Shown here: positions 19,926 to 29,682 of the stretch, in pieces | Numbering within the stretch: position 1 is the first letter of the stretch | Layout: every line of letters starts with the position of its first letter | Source of the DNA: Myxococcales bacterium | GTDB taxonomy: Bacteria > Myxococcota_A > UBA9042 > JABWCM01 > BTVJ01 | Assembly (NCBI GenBank): GCA_045863395.1 | Contig: BTVJ01000005.1 | Location: 141,220 to 205,219, forward strand | Direction of reading: 5' to 3' | Length of the DNA stretch: 64,000 bases | Translations under genes and position numbers: made by a program | The notes under the pieces: generated by a model | The model's database searches: none | The model's input: the letters and a program-made list of their open reading frames with translations, nothing else | Told to the model about the DNA's origin: nothing

Positions 19926-21203
19926 GTGAGCAGCATCAGAACCACCTCATCACGCGCGACTCTGGCCGTGGCGCTGGCCGCGTCGTCTGCGGCGCCGGCA
20001 TGGGGGGCCAACACGGCGTACACCCGGGCCGAGCGCTTCGCGGCGGAGGCGCGCCTGTCGCTCCACGCTGGCGACGGCGCGGCGGCCGGACGCTCCTACG
20101 AGGCGGCCTTCGCTGCCCTCCCGAACCCGGCCTGGCTCCTGGAGGCCGGCGCGGCCTACGTGCGAGCCGAGGACTGGGCCAGCGCCGCGCGGGTGTACCG
20201 CGAGGCTGTAGAGCTCGGTCTGGCTGGCTCGCCGGGGCAGCGCGCGCGCCAGGGTCTCGACGAGGTGCTCGCGCGACTCCAGGCAAGCCGGGGACGAGTC
20301 GCCATCGCTGTCTTTCCGGCGACGGCCAAGGTCACCGTGGATGGGGTCCCGGTCCAGGTGGGCACGGGCGGCGGCGTGACGTGGGTGGAGCCCGGGTCGC
20401 ACAAGGTCCGGGCAGAGGCGGAGGGCTTCGAGCCCGCGGAGCGGGCCATCGAGGTTCCGGTCGGCCAGTCCCTGGACGTCAAGCTGTCGCTGGCCCCAGT
20501 GGCGGGCGCGGCGCTGCTCGTGATCAGCGCCAACGTCCCGGGCGCGACGGTGTCCGTGGGCGGCAAGGCGGTCGGGGTGACGCCGCTGGAGGCCATCCCG
20601 CTGGACGAGGGCACCGTCGAGGTGCGCATCGAGAAGCCCGGGTATGAACCATGGGCTCGTTCCATCACGGCCACGCCAGGGGAGCCAACCCGTCTGGACG
20701 TCACGCTCGCCACCGCGGTGGCGGCGACGGCCTCCGCGGCGACGACGACCCCCACACCCACGGCCACCGTGGAGTCGACCTCGTCGGGTGGCGACGCCAT
20801 GGTCACCTGGGGCTGGGTCGCAGCCTCGGTGGGCCTTGGCGCGGTGGGCGGCGGCGTCGCGATGCACATGCTCTCCATCGACAGCAAGAACAAGGCGAAC
20901 GCCCTCAGCAACACTCCGGCGGAGGGCTCGGGCATCGATCCGACCCAGTACTACAACGAATACTACGTCCCTGAGTACAACCGCCTGGTGGACGACTCGT
21001 CGTCCAAGCAGACCATCGCGTTCATCCTGGATGGGGCCGGCGGCGCGCTGGTGGTGACGGGCGTCGTGCTGCTGGTGCTGGGCTACACCGACTCGGGCCC
21101 CTCCACGGCGAGCACGGAGGAGCCATCCAAGGTCCGCCTGACGGGCTTCGGCATGGCGCCGGTGCCTGGCGGCTCGGTCCTCTCGTCTGGCTTCAGCTTC
21201 TAG
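19926..21203 (+). CDS. Secreted/membrane TPR + two PEGA domain protein
   Basis: Signal peptide, TPR-like helices, two PEGA-like repeats (PATAKVTVDG..PGSHKV; NVPGATVSVGG..GVTPL), Gly-rich hydrophobic C-terminus; GTG 19926 with GGAGG RBS. Confidence 0.8.
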   Translation: MSSIRTTSSRATLAVALAASSAAPAWGANTAYTRAERFAAEARLSLHAGDGAAAGRSYEAAFAALPNPAWLLEAGAAYVRAEDWASAARVYREAVELGLAGSPGQRARQGLDEVLARLQASRGRVAIAVFPATAKVTVDGVPVQVGTGGGVTWVEPGSHKVRAEAEGFEPAERAIEVPVGQSLDVKLSLAPVAGAALLVISANVPGATVSVGGKAVGVTPLEAIPLDEGTVEVRIEKPGYEPWARSITATPGEPTRLDVTLATAVAATASAATTTPTPTATVESTSSGGDAMVTWGWVAASVGLGAVGGGVAMHMLSIDSKNKANALSNTPAEGSGIDPTQYYNEYYVPEYNRLVDDSSSKQTIAFILDGAGGALVVTGVVLLVLGYTDSGPSTASTEEPSKVRLTGFGMAPVPGGSVLSSGFSF

Positions 21204-21206
21204 AGT

Positions 21207-22364
21207 CTAGAACGTGAAGTAGGGCTCGACCTTCGCCAGCTCTTCGAGCTTCTGTCGGAGGGGATCGAAGTTGATCAGGTCGGCGGTGGCCTTCAGCTCC
21301 AGGATGCCATCCGCGACGCGCCCGAGGGCCCCCTCCTGGAGCGCGTTCTCCATGGGGCGGAGCTGAGAGCCGAAGTCGACGACCACGATGTCGGTGGTCA
21401 GCACCCGCTGGCCCTTGTCCTTGCCCTCCTCCAGTACGGCGACCTCCCACTCCGGCTTCACCGTCGCCGGGTCCACACCCTCGGGCACCTGGGGCGGCAC
21501 CTGCTCCGGATCCATCACCTGGGCGAGGAAGGAGCCCGTGTTCCAGGGGACCCCGTTCAGCTCGGTGGGCTTGACCAGGATGCGGCGCACGGACGCCTGG
21601 GGGTTGGTGGTACGCGCCTCCTGCATCATCTGCACGTTTGCGATGAGCGCGGCCTCCTTCGCAACGGCCTGGGTGCGCGCATGGAGCAGCGCCACCTGGC
21701 CAACGAACGCGTTGATGACCGGGACCAGCTCCGCCGCGTACCACCCCTCGCGGAAGATGCCGCTGGTGTCGAACACGACCTGGGAGCCCCCGTAGCTCGC
21801 CGCGGTGCCCAGGAACTCGAGCAGCTCGGCCTGCATCGAGGCCAGGCCCTCGCCGGCGCGCGCCTTCTCGATGCGGCCGGCGATGTCCGCCAGGCTCGCC
21901 TTGTAGGCGTCAATCGTGGCGAGCGTCTTCTCGCCGGTCTCGGCCACCTGGTGCTTGGTGAACCAGTCCAGCACCTGGTTGGCCTCGGCGATCTTCATGT
22001 TGCCGATGGTGCGCTCCTTGAAGATCTTGCCCGCCAGGTACCCGAGGCCGAAGAACAGCGCGATGCCGAACAGCGCCGCGAGGAGCATGGCCCCGCGGCC
22101 ACTCTTTGCCGCGCTCTCGTCCACGTGGACGTCGTGCACTTCGGTGGGGGGACGAAACTCCGGGGGGGGCGCCGGAGCCCTGCGGGTCGGCTGCGCGGAG
22201 TCGGCGGGGAGCGGCCCAGGAAGAGGAGTCGCGTCCCCCTCCTCAGCGGCCTGGGGAGGCTGCTCCATGACAGGCTCTGGCTTGGCTGCCGCAGCAGCCT
22301 TCGCCTTCTGCAAGCCGAGGCGAGCTTTCAGATCCTGGATGTTCTTGTCGTTCCCGTCCGCCAC
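21207..22364 (-). CDS. Hypothetical single-pass membrane protein
   Basis: Coding-like codon usage, GAGG RBS, Pro-rich N-terminal region, one TM, helical remainder; no family recognised. Confidence 0.75.
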   Translation of the reverse strand: MADGNDKNIQDLKARLGLQKAKAAAAAKPEPVMEQPPQAAEEGDATPLPGPLPADSAQPTRRAPAPPPEFRPPTEVHDVHVDESAAKSGRGAMLLAALFGIALFFGLGYLAGKIFKERTIGNMKIAEANQVLDWFTKHQVAETGEKTLATIDAYKASLADIAGRIEKARAGEGLASMQAELLEFLGTAASYGGSQVVFDTSGIFREGWYAAELVPVINAFVGQVALLHARTQAVAKEAALIANVQMMQEARTTNPQASVRRILVKPTELNGVPWNTGSFLAQVMDPEQVPPQVPEGVDPATVKPEWEVAVLEEGKDKGQRVLTTDIVVVDFGSQLRPMENALQEGALGRVADGILELKATADLINFDPLRQKLEELAKVEPYFTF

Positions 22365-22594
22365 GTCGGCTCCCTCCTCAGCGCTATCGAGGACCCTGAA
22401 GTCTTTGAAGTTCCATGATTTCGGCGCGTTCTGAGACCAGCGCGGCGAGCGTAGCCGGTTTTCGCAGAGGGGTCAAGGACCAGTCCACGGCCAGCCGGCG
22501 CAACGAGGACTCTCGGACGCCCCTGGGATTTTGACCGAGGACGGGGTCCGTGCGAGCATTTCGTGCCCGCGACCTTGGACCGTAGGAGCCCACC

Positions 22595-24040
22595 ATGAGC
22601 GAGTCACCCCCGGTCAACCTTGCGAAGGTACGACGGATCCACCTGATGGCCATCTGCGGGACCGGCATGGGTGCCTTCGCGGGGATGCTCCAGGCGCACG
22701 GTTACGAAGTACGGGGCTCAGACGAGGGGGCCTACCCGCCCATGAGCGAGCGCCTCGCCGCGTGGGGGATCCCCATCATGGAGGGCTTCGCGCCCGAGAA
22801 CCTGGACTGGGGGCCGGACCTGGTCATCGTGGGCAACGTCATCCGGCGGGTGAACCCGGAGGCGACGGCCATGCGGGAGCGAGCCATCCCGCACATGAGC
22901 TTCCCCGAGGCCCTCTCCGCGTTGTTCCTCGCGTCTCGACACCCCGTGGTGGTCACCGGCACCCACGGCAAGACCACGACGACGTCGCTGACCGCCTGGC
23001 TGCTCGCCCACGCTGGTCGGAGCCCGAGCTTCCTCATCGGCGGCATCCCGAGCAACTTCGGGCGCTCGTTCCACCTGGGCGACGGGCAGGAGTTCGTCAT
23101 CGAGGGCGACGAGTACGACACGGCCTACTTCGACAAGGGCCCGAAGTTCCTGCACTACCAGCCGCGCACTGCGATCCTGACCAGCATCGAGTACGACCAC
23201 GCGGACATCTACCGCGACCTGGACCACGTGATCAGCGCCTTCGAGCGCTTCGTGGCCATCGTCCCACCCGACGGAGCCCTGCTGGTGTGCGGCGAGCGCG
23301 AGCTGCCGGTGCGGGTCGCGCGCGGCTGCCGGGGAGCCGTGGAGACCTACGGCGTGGACGGCCCCTACGACTGGGTGGCGCGGGACGCGCGGCCGGACGC
23401 AGGCGGGTGGCGCTTCACCCTGGAGCACCGAGGAGTGGCCCTCGGCGAGCTGTGGAGCCCCATGGCTGGACGGCACAACGCCCAGAATGCGGTGGCCGCG
23501 CTGGGGGTGGCGCACCGACTGGGGGTGCCCCTCGAGACCCTCGCGGCGGGGCTAGCCGGGTTCGCGGGCGTGGTCAAGCGCCAGGAGGTCAAGGGCGAGG
23601 AGGACGGCGTCCTGGTCATCGACGACTACGCCCACCACCCGACGGCGGTCGCCGAGACCATCGACGCCATCCGGGCGCGCTATCCGGGGCGCCCCCTCTG
23701 GGCCCTGTTCGAGGCCGAGTCCAACACGTCGCGGCGGCGCTTCTTCCAGGACGACTACCCCGTCGCGCTGCGCGGGGCGGACCACGTGGTGCTCTCGAAG
23801 CCGCTGAAGAAATGGGACAAGCTGTCTGCCGATGAGCAGATCGACTGCGAGCGGATCGTGGAGGACCTGCGCGCGACGGGAGTGGACGCGCGGCACATCC
23901 CCGAGTTCGACGACATCGTGGCGTGGGTGGCGGAGCACGCTGTCCCTGGCGACGTGGTGCTCGCCATGAGCGGGCGCAACTTCGGCGGGCTGCATGGGCG
24001 GCTCCTGGCGAGGCTCAACGCTCGGGCTGCCAGCCGGTGA
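22595..24040 (+). CDS. mpl: Murein tripeptide ligase (Mpl/MurC family)
   Basis: ICGTGMG, YPPMS, GTHGKTTTT, EGDEYDTAYFDKGPKFLHY and DDYAHHPT motifs. Confidence 0.92.
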   Translation: MSESPPVNLAKVRRIHLMAICGTGMGAFAGMLQAHGYEVRGSDEGAYPPMSERLAAWGIPIMEGFAPENLDWGPDLVIVGNVIRRVNPEATAMRERAIPHMSFPEALSALFLASRHPVVVTGTHGKTTTTSLTAWLLAHAGRSPSFLIGGIPSNFGRSFHLGDGQEFVIEGDEYDTAYFDKGPKFLHYQPRTAILTSIEYDHADIYRDLDHVISAFERFVAIVPPDGALLVCGERELPVRVARGCRGAVETYGVDGPYDWVARDARPDAGGWRFTLEHRGVALGELWSPMAGRHNAQNAVAALGVAHRLGVPLETLAAGLAGFAGVVKRQEVKGEEDGVLVIDDYAHHPTAVAETIDAIRARYPGRPLWALFEAESNTSRRRFFQDDYPVALRGADHVVLSKPLKKWDKLSADEQIDCERIVEDLRATGVDARHIPEFDDIVAWVAEHAVPGDVVLAMSGRNFGGLHGRLLARLNARAASR

Positions 24041-25154
24041 TGCGCCTCCCCCGGACCACCTGGGCGAGAGCGATCCAGTAGGCCACGTTGACCACGGCGA
24101 AGAAGAGCGGGAGCCCGAGGAGGGGGAGGCGGCGCGCCAGGGCGCCCGCGCCGAGGCCGATCAAGGCCAGGCAGACCCCAACGGCGACGAGCCCGGTGGC
24201 GGCCGAGGCAAGACGGGCCCCCAGGGTGAGGCCGACGGGACCCAGGATCGCGAGGAGCAGCAGGGCAATGGTCCCTAGCCACCGCGCGACCTTGTGGAAG
24301 AGAACCTGCACCAGATAGCTTCGGCTGGTCACATTCCGCCATCTGTGGGCGAGGAGCCCGAGGAACAGCCAGCACCGCACTCCGATGCGGACGCGGGCCC
24401 GCAGCTCGCTCCGCAGGCTCCGCCGCGACGCCTCGACGGCGACGGCGTCCGCCACGTAGACCGCGCGCAGCCCTCGCTCGGCCGCCAGCAGCGGCAGGAC
24501 CAGGTCGTAGCTCTGCCAGGGGTCCACGGGGAGCAGCAGGAGCTCGCGGCGCGCTGCGTGGAGGGCCCCGCTGACGACGGACGCAGTGCCAGCGCGCGCC
24601 TCCGCCTGCCGCTGGGACACGACCACGTGCTGGTAGGAGCGGAAGCCCACGGCGAGGGGGGCATCGTCGTAGGTATAGACGATGCGGCCCGTGGCGCACC
24701 CGACGTCGGGGGCGAGCAGCGCCGGCGCCAGGCGCCGGAGGGCGTCGGGTCGGAGGCGGGTGGTCGCGTCGGTGAACACCAGGATGTCCGCGCGGGCGCG
24801 GGTGGCGGCAGCTTGGGCCGCAGCGGTCTTGCCGAAGTGCGGCAGGTCCAGGACCGTGACCTCCGTGAAGCAGCGAGCCTCCTCCACCGTACCGTCCGTC
24901 GACCCATCGGAGGCGACGAGGATCTCCAGGCGCTCGGCCGGGTAGTCCAGCGCGAGGCACGCGGCGAGCTTGTCGGCGATGGCGGCGCGCTCGTCCCGCG
25001 CGACGACGATCAGGCTGACGTTGGGCGTGCCCTCCTCCGAGGGGCGCGGCGGGGCCAGACGCGCGGCGATGGCTACCGCGAGAGGCCAGACCACGTAGGC
25101 CGCGGCCAGGACCCCGAGGCAAGCGCCGAGCACCAGATCCAGCGCGACGATCAC
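24015..25154 (-). CDS. Glycosyltransferase family 2 membrane protein
   Basis: ASDGSTDGT, GKTAA, FTDA and RARVRI motifs with N- and C-terminal TMs; GTG overlaps the wecB stop. Confidence 0.85.
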   Translation of the reverse strand: MIVALDLVLGACLGVLAAAYVVWPLAVAIAARLAPPRPSEEGTPNVSLIVVARDERAAIADKLAACLALDYPAERLEILVASDGSTDGTVEEARCFTEVTVLDLPHFGKTAAAQAAATRARADILVFTDATTRLRPDALRRLAPALLAPDVGCATGRIVYTYDDAPLAVGFRSYQHVVVSQRQAEARAGTASVVSGALHAARRELLLLPVDPWQSYDLVLPLLAAERGLRAVYVADAVAVEASRRSLRSELRARVRIGVRCWLFLGLLAHRWRNVTSRSYLVQVLFHKVARWLGTIALLLLAILGPVGLTLGARLASAATGLVAVGVCLALIGLGAGALARRLPLLGLPLFFAVVNVAYWIALAQVVRGRRITGWQPER

Positions 25155-26254
25155 GCCGTAGGCCACGCGGAGGCCAGCACGGCGGCGATGCGCTCGGCCG
25201 TGCGGCCATCCCACAGGGGAGGCACCGCACCGCGCCGCGCAGGCCCGTCCAGCGCCTCTCGGGCGGCGGCGATGATCGCGTCCGTGTCGCTCCCGACGAT
25301 GACATTGGAGCCCACGTCGACCGTGACGGGGCGCTCCGTAGAGTCGCGGAGCGTGATGCACGGGACCCGCAGGGCGGTCGTCTCCTCCTGGAGCCCGCCC
25401 GAGTCCGTCAAGACGAGCCGCGCGTCGCTGGTCAGCGCCAGGAACTCCAGGTAGCCCATGGGCTCGACCAGGCGCATCCCCGGGATGCCGGAGAGCCGCT
25501 CCCAGAGGCCGAAGGCCTCGAGCTGCTTGCGCGTCCGGGGGTGGACCGGGAACACGATGGGAAGCGAGGGGCCGATGGCGGCGAGCGCATCGACGATGCG
25601 CCCGAACGGTGCGGCGTCGTCCACGTTGGAGGGCCGGTGGAGCGTGAGCACGCCGTACCGGCCCGGCTCCAGCCCCAGTGAAGGCAGGACGCCCAAGGAG
25701 CGGGCCTTGCCGAGGTGGGACAGGAGGCTGTCGATCATGATGTTGCCGACCCGGTGGATCTTCTGCGGAGACACGCCCTCCCGCAGCAGGTTCGCGTCGC
25801 CGTCCTCGGACGGGGTGAACAGCAGGTCGGCGATCTGGTCCGTGAGCAGGCGGTTCACCTCTTCGGGCATGCGCCGGTCGTTGGAGCGCAGGCCCGCCTC
25901 GACGTGGGCGACCGGGATCCACAGCTTGGCGGCCACCAGGGCACACGCGATGGTGGAGTTCACGTCCCCGACGACCACGACGCCGGACGGGCTCTCCGCC
26001 GCGCACACCTGCTCGAAGCCGATCATCACCCGCGCCGTCTGCTCCGCGTGGGAGCCGGAGCCCACGCCCAGGTACACGTCGGGGGCAGGCATGCCCAGGT
26101 CCTCGAAGAAGACGCGGCTCATGCGGTCATCGTAGTGCTGCCCCGTGTGGACCAAGCGCTGGGGCAGGCCCAGACGCCCGAGCTCCGCATGGAGCGGCGC
26201 GATCTTCATGAAATTTGGCCGGGCGCCCACCACCAGCAGGTACGGTCCAGGCAT
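25151..26254 (-). CDS. wecB: UDP-N-acetylglucosamine 2-epimerase (non-hydrolysing)
   Basis: GARPNFMK, HTGQHYD, HVEAGLRS, MPEEVNR, TLHRPSNVD and TDSGGLQEE motifs. Confidence 0.96.
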   Translation of the reverse strand: MPGPYLLVVGARPNFMKIAPLHAELGRLGLPQRLVHTGQHYDDRMSRVFFEDLGMPAPDVYLGVGSGSHAEQTARVMIGFEQVCAAESPSGVVVVGDVNSTIACALVAAKLWIPVAHVEAGLRSNDRRMPEEVNRLLTDQIADLLFTPSEDGDANLLREGVSPQKIHRVGNIMIDSLLSHLGKARSLGVLPSLGLEPGRYGVLTLHRPSNVDDAAPFGRIVDALAAIGPSLPIVFPVHPRTRKQLEAFGLWERLSGIPGMRLVEPMGYLEFLALTSDARLVLTDSGGLQEETTALRVPCITLRDSTERPVTVDVGSNVIVGSDTDAIIAAAREALDGPARRGAVPPLWDGRTAERIAAVLASAWPTA

Positions 26255-26335
26255 CGCTCACCCTCCGCGGTCGGGCGCACAGTGTCTGCACGCCCGCCAC
26301 CGGCTGTCAACCGGCCAGTCCGCATCCCGGCGGCG

Positions 26336-26373
26336 TTGACGTGCCTGGACCGCATGGATATGGTCACCCATAT
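26336..26373 (+). promoter_or_regulatory. sigma70 promoter with overlapping inverted repeat (putative TA operator)
   Basis: TTGACG-N17-TATGGT; inverted repeat ATATGG-TCAC-CCATAT at 26358-26373 covers the -10 element and the start codon. Confidence 0.65.
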
Positions 26374-26608
26374 GAAGACAACCATTGATATTGCCGACGC
26401 CTTGTTCCTCGAGGGGAAGGAGGTGGCCGCGCGCTCGGGCATGACCTTTCGGGAGCTCGTGGAGCAGGGGCTGCGCCTTGCTCTCCAGCAGCGCAGACAG
26501 GCCGAGGAGTTTCGGCTGCGCGACGCCTCCGTCGGGGGACGGGGGCTGAAGCCGGGTCAGTCCTGGGACCTGCCCCGTGAGCTCGCCTACGACGACGGGC
26601 GGACATGA
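26372..26608 (+). CDS. vapB: VapB-family (RHH-like) antitoxin
   Basis: MKTTIDIADALF...TFRELVEQGLR, 78 aa; ATGA overlap with the PIN gene. Confidence 0.85.
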   Translation: MKTTIDIADALFLEGKEVAARSGMTFRELVEQGLRLALQQRRQAEEFRLRDASVGGRGLKPGQSWDLPRELAYDDGRT

Positions 26609-27045
26609 TCGCCGTCGACACGAATGTGCTGGTGCACGCACACCGCTCCGACTCACCGTTTCACCCGCAGGCGGCTCGAAACATCAGGACGCTGGCAGGG
26701 GGCCCCTCCCCATGGGCGATCCCATGGCCCTGCATCCACGAGTTCTACGCGAAGGCGACCCACCCCCGGCTGTTCGACCCTCCCTCGACGCCCGAGCAGG
26801 CGCTCGACCAGATCGCGAGCTGGTTGGAGTCACCCAGCCTGTGGGTGATCTCCGAGGCCGCCGACCACTGGACGCGCCTGGAGGGCCTCCTGTCCGCAGC
26901 CCACGTCCAGGGTCCCATGGTCCACGATGCGCGCATTGCAGCCATCTGTCTCTCCCACGGTGTCTCCGAGCTGTGGACGGCGGATCGCGACTTCGCCCGC
27001 TTCCCTGCGCTGACCACCCGCAATCCGCTCGTCGCTCGAACCTGA
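26605..27045 (+). CDS. vapC: VapC PIN-domain ribonuclease toxin
   Basis: IAVDTNVLV, HEF, VHDARIAA and TADRDF: the acidic PIN residues are present. Confidence 0.92.
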   Translation: MIAVDTNVLVHAHRSDSPFHPQAARNIRTLAGGPSPWAIPWPCIHEFYAKATHPRLFDPPSTPEQALDQIASWLESPSLWVISEAADHWTRLEGLLSAAHVQGPMVHDARIAAICLSHGVSELWTADRDFARFPALTTRNPLVART

Positions 27046-27328
27046 GGGACCCCGGGCATGGCGCGGCAGTCCACGAGCACCGACGCGGACCCAGAGCGCA
27101 GCGTGGCGGCCGTGATGACGTGATCCTTGGCGGCCCGTCGGGCAGCCCCCCAGCGGAGGCCCGGCCTGGGCGCGCAACGTGCTCCAGTGTCGGCCTGTCG
27201 GGCCCTGGACCGCGCAGACGTCGCTGATGCCGTCGGGGCAATGAGCCCCAGCCTCGCTGCCCCACGGCCCGGTTGTCCGCACACGCCACCTGCCCCTATA
27301 CTCGCCGAACCTCTGCTGCGCCGGACCC

Positions 27329-28210
27329 ATGGACGAAGCCATCAACGTGCTCACCATCGACGTCGAGGACTGGTTCCACCTCATCGACGTCCCCGTGCCC
27401 GACTTCGGGCCCGCCCGCTGGGCGCGGCTCCCGTCGCGCGTTGCCGACGGGACGCACCGCCTGATGGACCTGCTGCAGGACGCGGGCGCTGGGGCCACCT
27501 TCTTCGTGCTCGGCTGGGTCGCCGAGCGCCACCCGGCGCTCGTCGCCGAGGTGCGCGCTCGAGGCTTCGAGGTGTGCTCCCACGGCTGGGGGCACGAGCC
27601 GGTCCCGCGGCTCGGACGCGACGCCTTCGAGGCGGACCTGCAGCGCTCCGTCGAGGCCATCACCGCCGCCTGCGGGGTGCGCCCAGCGGGCTACCGGGCG
27701 GCGGGCTTCTCGATCACGTCGCGCACGCCATGGGCCTTCGAGGTGCTCGTCGCGCACGGCTTCACTCACGACTCGTCCGTGGCACCTGGCCGCATCGGGC
27801 ACGAGGGGTGGCCAACACGCCGCCGCGCCCCCTTCACGTTGGTGACCTCCTGCGGGGACCTCGTCGAGTTCCCGCTGGCCTCCGTGGACTTTTTTGGACG
27901 CCCCCTCTCGGTCGGGGGGGGCGGCTACCTGCGCCTGCTCCCCGGGGCGGTCGTTCGCGCTGCCGTCCGGCGCATCAACGGCCGGGGGGAGCCGGCGACC
28001 ATCTACGTCCACCCGCGGGACCTGGACACGGGCCAACCGCGCCTCCAGGGGCTCCCCCTCGCGCGGACGCTGCGCTCCTACCTGAACATCGGGGGCACGG
28101 CCGCGAAGCTCCGCGCGCTGCTCCGGGCCTTCCGCTTCACGAGCATCGCCGGCTTCCTGTCGGACCCGGGGCGGCGTGCGCACATCGCCGCCGCGCGGGA
28201 GGCTGCGTGA
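27329..28210 (+). CDS. Polysaccharide deacetylase family protein (DUF3473 type)
   Basis: TIDVEDWFH, ATFFVLGW, SHGWGH, GYRA, GGGYLR and YVHP motifs. Confidence 0.9.
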   Translation: MDEAINVLTIDVEDWFHLIDVPVPDFGPARWARLPSRVADGTHRLMDLLQDAGAGATFFVLGWVAERHPALVAEVRARGFEVCSHGWGHEPVPRLGRDAFEADLQRSVEAITAACGVRPAGYRAAGFSITSRTPWAFEVLVAHGFTHDSSVAPGRIGHEGWPTRRRAPFTLVTSCGDLVEFPLASVDFFGRPLSVGGGGYLRLLPGAVVRAAVRRINGRGEPATIYVHPRDLDTGQPRLQGLPLARTLRSYLNIGGTAAKLRALLRAFRFTSIAGFLSDPGRRAHIAAAREAA

Positions 28211-29517
28211 GCCGCGCCCTCCTCATCGCAGCGCTGCTGCTCGCCTTGCCCGCGCGCGCGAGCCTGCTCGACACCTACGGCTTCGGCGCCCGTGGCACGG
28301 CCATGGCCAACGCCTCGACCGCGCCGAGCGAGGACTACGAGGCGGTGTTCTACAACCCGGCGAACCTCATCGCCCGCAAGGAGGTACACTTCGGCTACGG
28401 CCTGAACTGGGTCGCGCCCATGCTGACCATCGACCGGCGCCAGACGGACAGCACGTGGGAGTCTGTGGTCCCCGAGGACAACCTGGTCGTCCACGCGGGC
28501 ATCTCCGTGCCCTGGGGCGGCGTCTTCGAGAGGAAGGTGTCCTTCGGGGCGGCCCTGCTCCTGCCGCTCCTGCGCCTGACCCGCGTCGAGTCCATCGACT
28601 GGCACGTGCCCCAGTTCTCACTCTACGAGAACGTGCCCGACAAGCTGGCGCTGTTGCTCGGGGTAGCCTACGAGCCCATCCCGGAGCTGCGCCTGGGCGT
28701 GGGCGTCCAGATCCTCGCCGAGCTGCAGGGCGCCGCCCGGGTCAGCATGAGCTTGCTCGACAACCGGGTGACGAGCCGGGACATCCGCCTCGACGTGTTC
28801 GGCGCCGCCGCCCCCACGGCGGGCGTCACGGTGCTGCCCGTCCCGGAGCTGCGCATCGCCGCGTCGTACAGGGCGGCTCTGTCGCTGGACTACGCGCTGC
28901 CGGTGCAGGTGGTGGTCGAGGAGATAGGCAACCTGGACATCGTGATCCGCGGCGTGTCGCTCTATACGCCCCACCACCTGACCTTGGGAGTGAGCTACCT
29001 GACGCCCGTTGCGCTGACGGTGTCCGCGGAGCTCGGCTGGGCCATGTGGAGCCTCGCCCCCTCTCCGGCGGTGGACGTGCACGTGACTCTCGACGACTCG
29101 GCCCTGGTGCATGGGCAAGCCGGCGGGACCGTGGCCGATCTGATCCGCGTCGACAGCCCCGCCGTGGACATGGGCGCGCGGGACATCCTGAGCCCGCGCG
29201 TCGGCCTGGAGTGGGTGGCCAACGAGCTGGTCACCGTGCGCGGCGGGTACGCCTTTCGCCCGACGCCGCTGCCGGCGCCCGTCCACCAGACCAACTTCAT
29301 CGACTCTCCCGCTCACACGACCTCCCTGGGCGCGAGCTTCACCTTCGCGGACCCGCTGGAGCACCACCGGAAGCCACTGACCGTGGGCATCGCACTCCAG
29401 TGGACCCTCCTCGAGGAGCGCGCCGTCGACAAGCCCGACCCGAACGATCCGGTGGGCGACTACACGGCGGGTGGCTCCATCTTCAACCTGGGCATCGACT
29501 TCAGCCACGACTTCTGA
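28207..29517 (+). CDS. FadL/OmpP1-family outer-membrane transporter
   Basis: Signal peptide, YGFGARGTAMANA, FYNPANL, beta-strand pattern, C-terminal Phe; GTGA overlap with the deacetylase stop. Confidence 0.85.
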   Translation: MSRALLIAALLLALPARASLLDTYGFGARGTAMANASTAPSEDYEAVFYNPANLIARKEVHFGYGLNWVAPMLTIDRRQTDSTWESVVPEDNLVVHAGISVPWGGVFERKVSFGAALLLPLLRLTRVESIDWHVPQFSLYENVPDKLALLLGVAYEPIPELRLGVGVQILAELQGAARVSMSLLDNRVTSRDIRLDVFGAAAPTAGVTVLPVPELRIAASYRAALSLDYALPVQVVVEEIGNLDIVIRGVSLYTPHHLTLGVSYLTPVALTVSAELGWAMWSLAPSPAVDVHVTLDDSALVHGQAGGTVADLIRVDSPAVDMGARDILSPRVGLEWVANELVTVRGGYAFRPTPLPAPVHQTNFIDSPAHTTSLGASFTFADPLEHHRKPLTVGIALQWTLLEERAVDKPDPNDPVGDYTAGGSIFNLGIDFSHDF

Positions 29518-29608
29518 CGTGGCAGAAACTCCACACTGCGCTCATCCGATGCACACGGGTTGACGGGGCGCTTGGCGCCCCCACAGCGAATTCGCTGGAC
29601 ATTCCCGC

Positions 29609-29624
29609 TGGCATGCGCATTGCT
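29609..29624 (+). promoter_or_regulatory. Putative sigma54 (-24/-12) promoter
   Basis: TGGCATGCGCATTGCT = GG-N10-GC, about 60 bp upstream of the Cys-rich gene. Confidence 0.65.
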
Positions 29625-29682
29625 ACCCCGATCTCAGGGCAACGATCTGCGGCACCAGGCGGCCGTGACCAGGAGGATGGAC

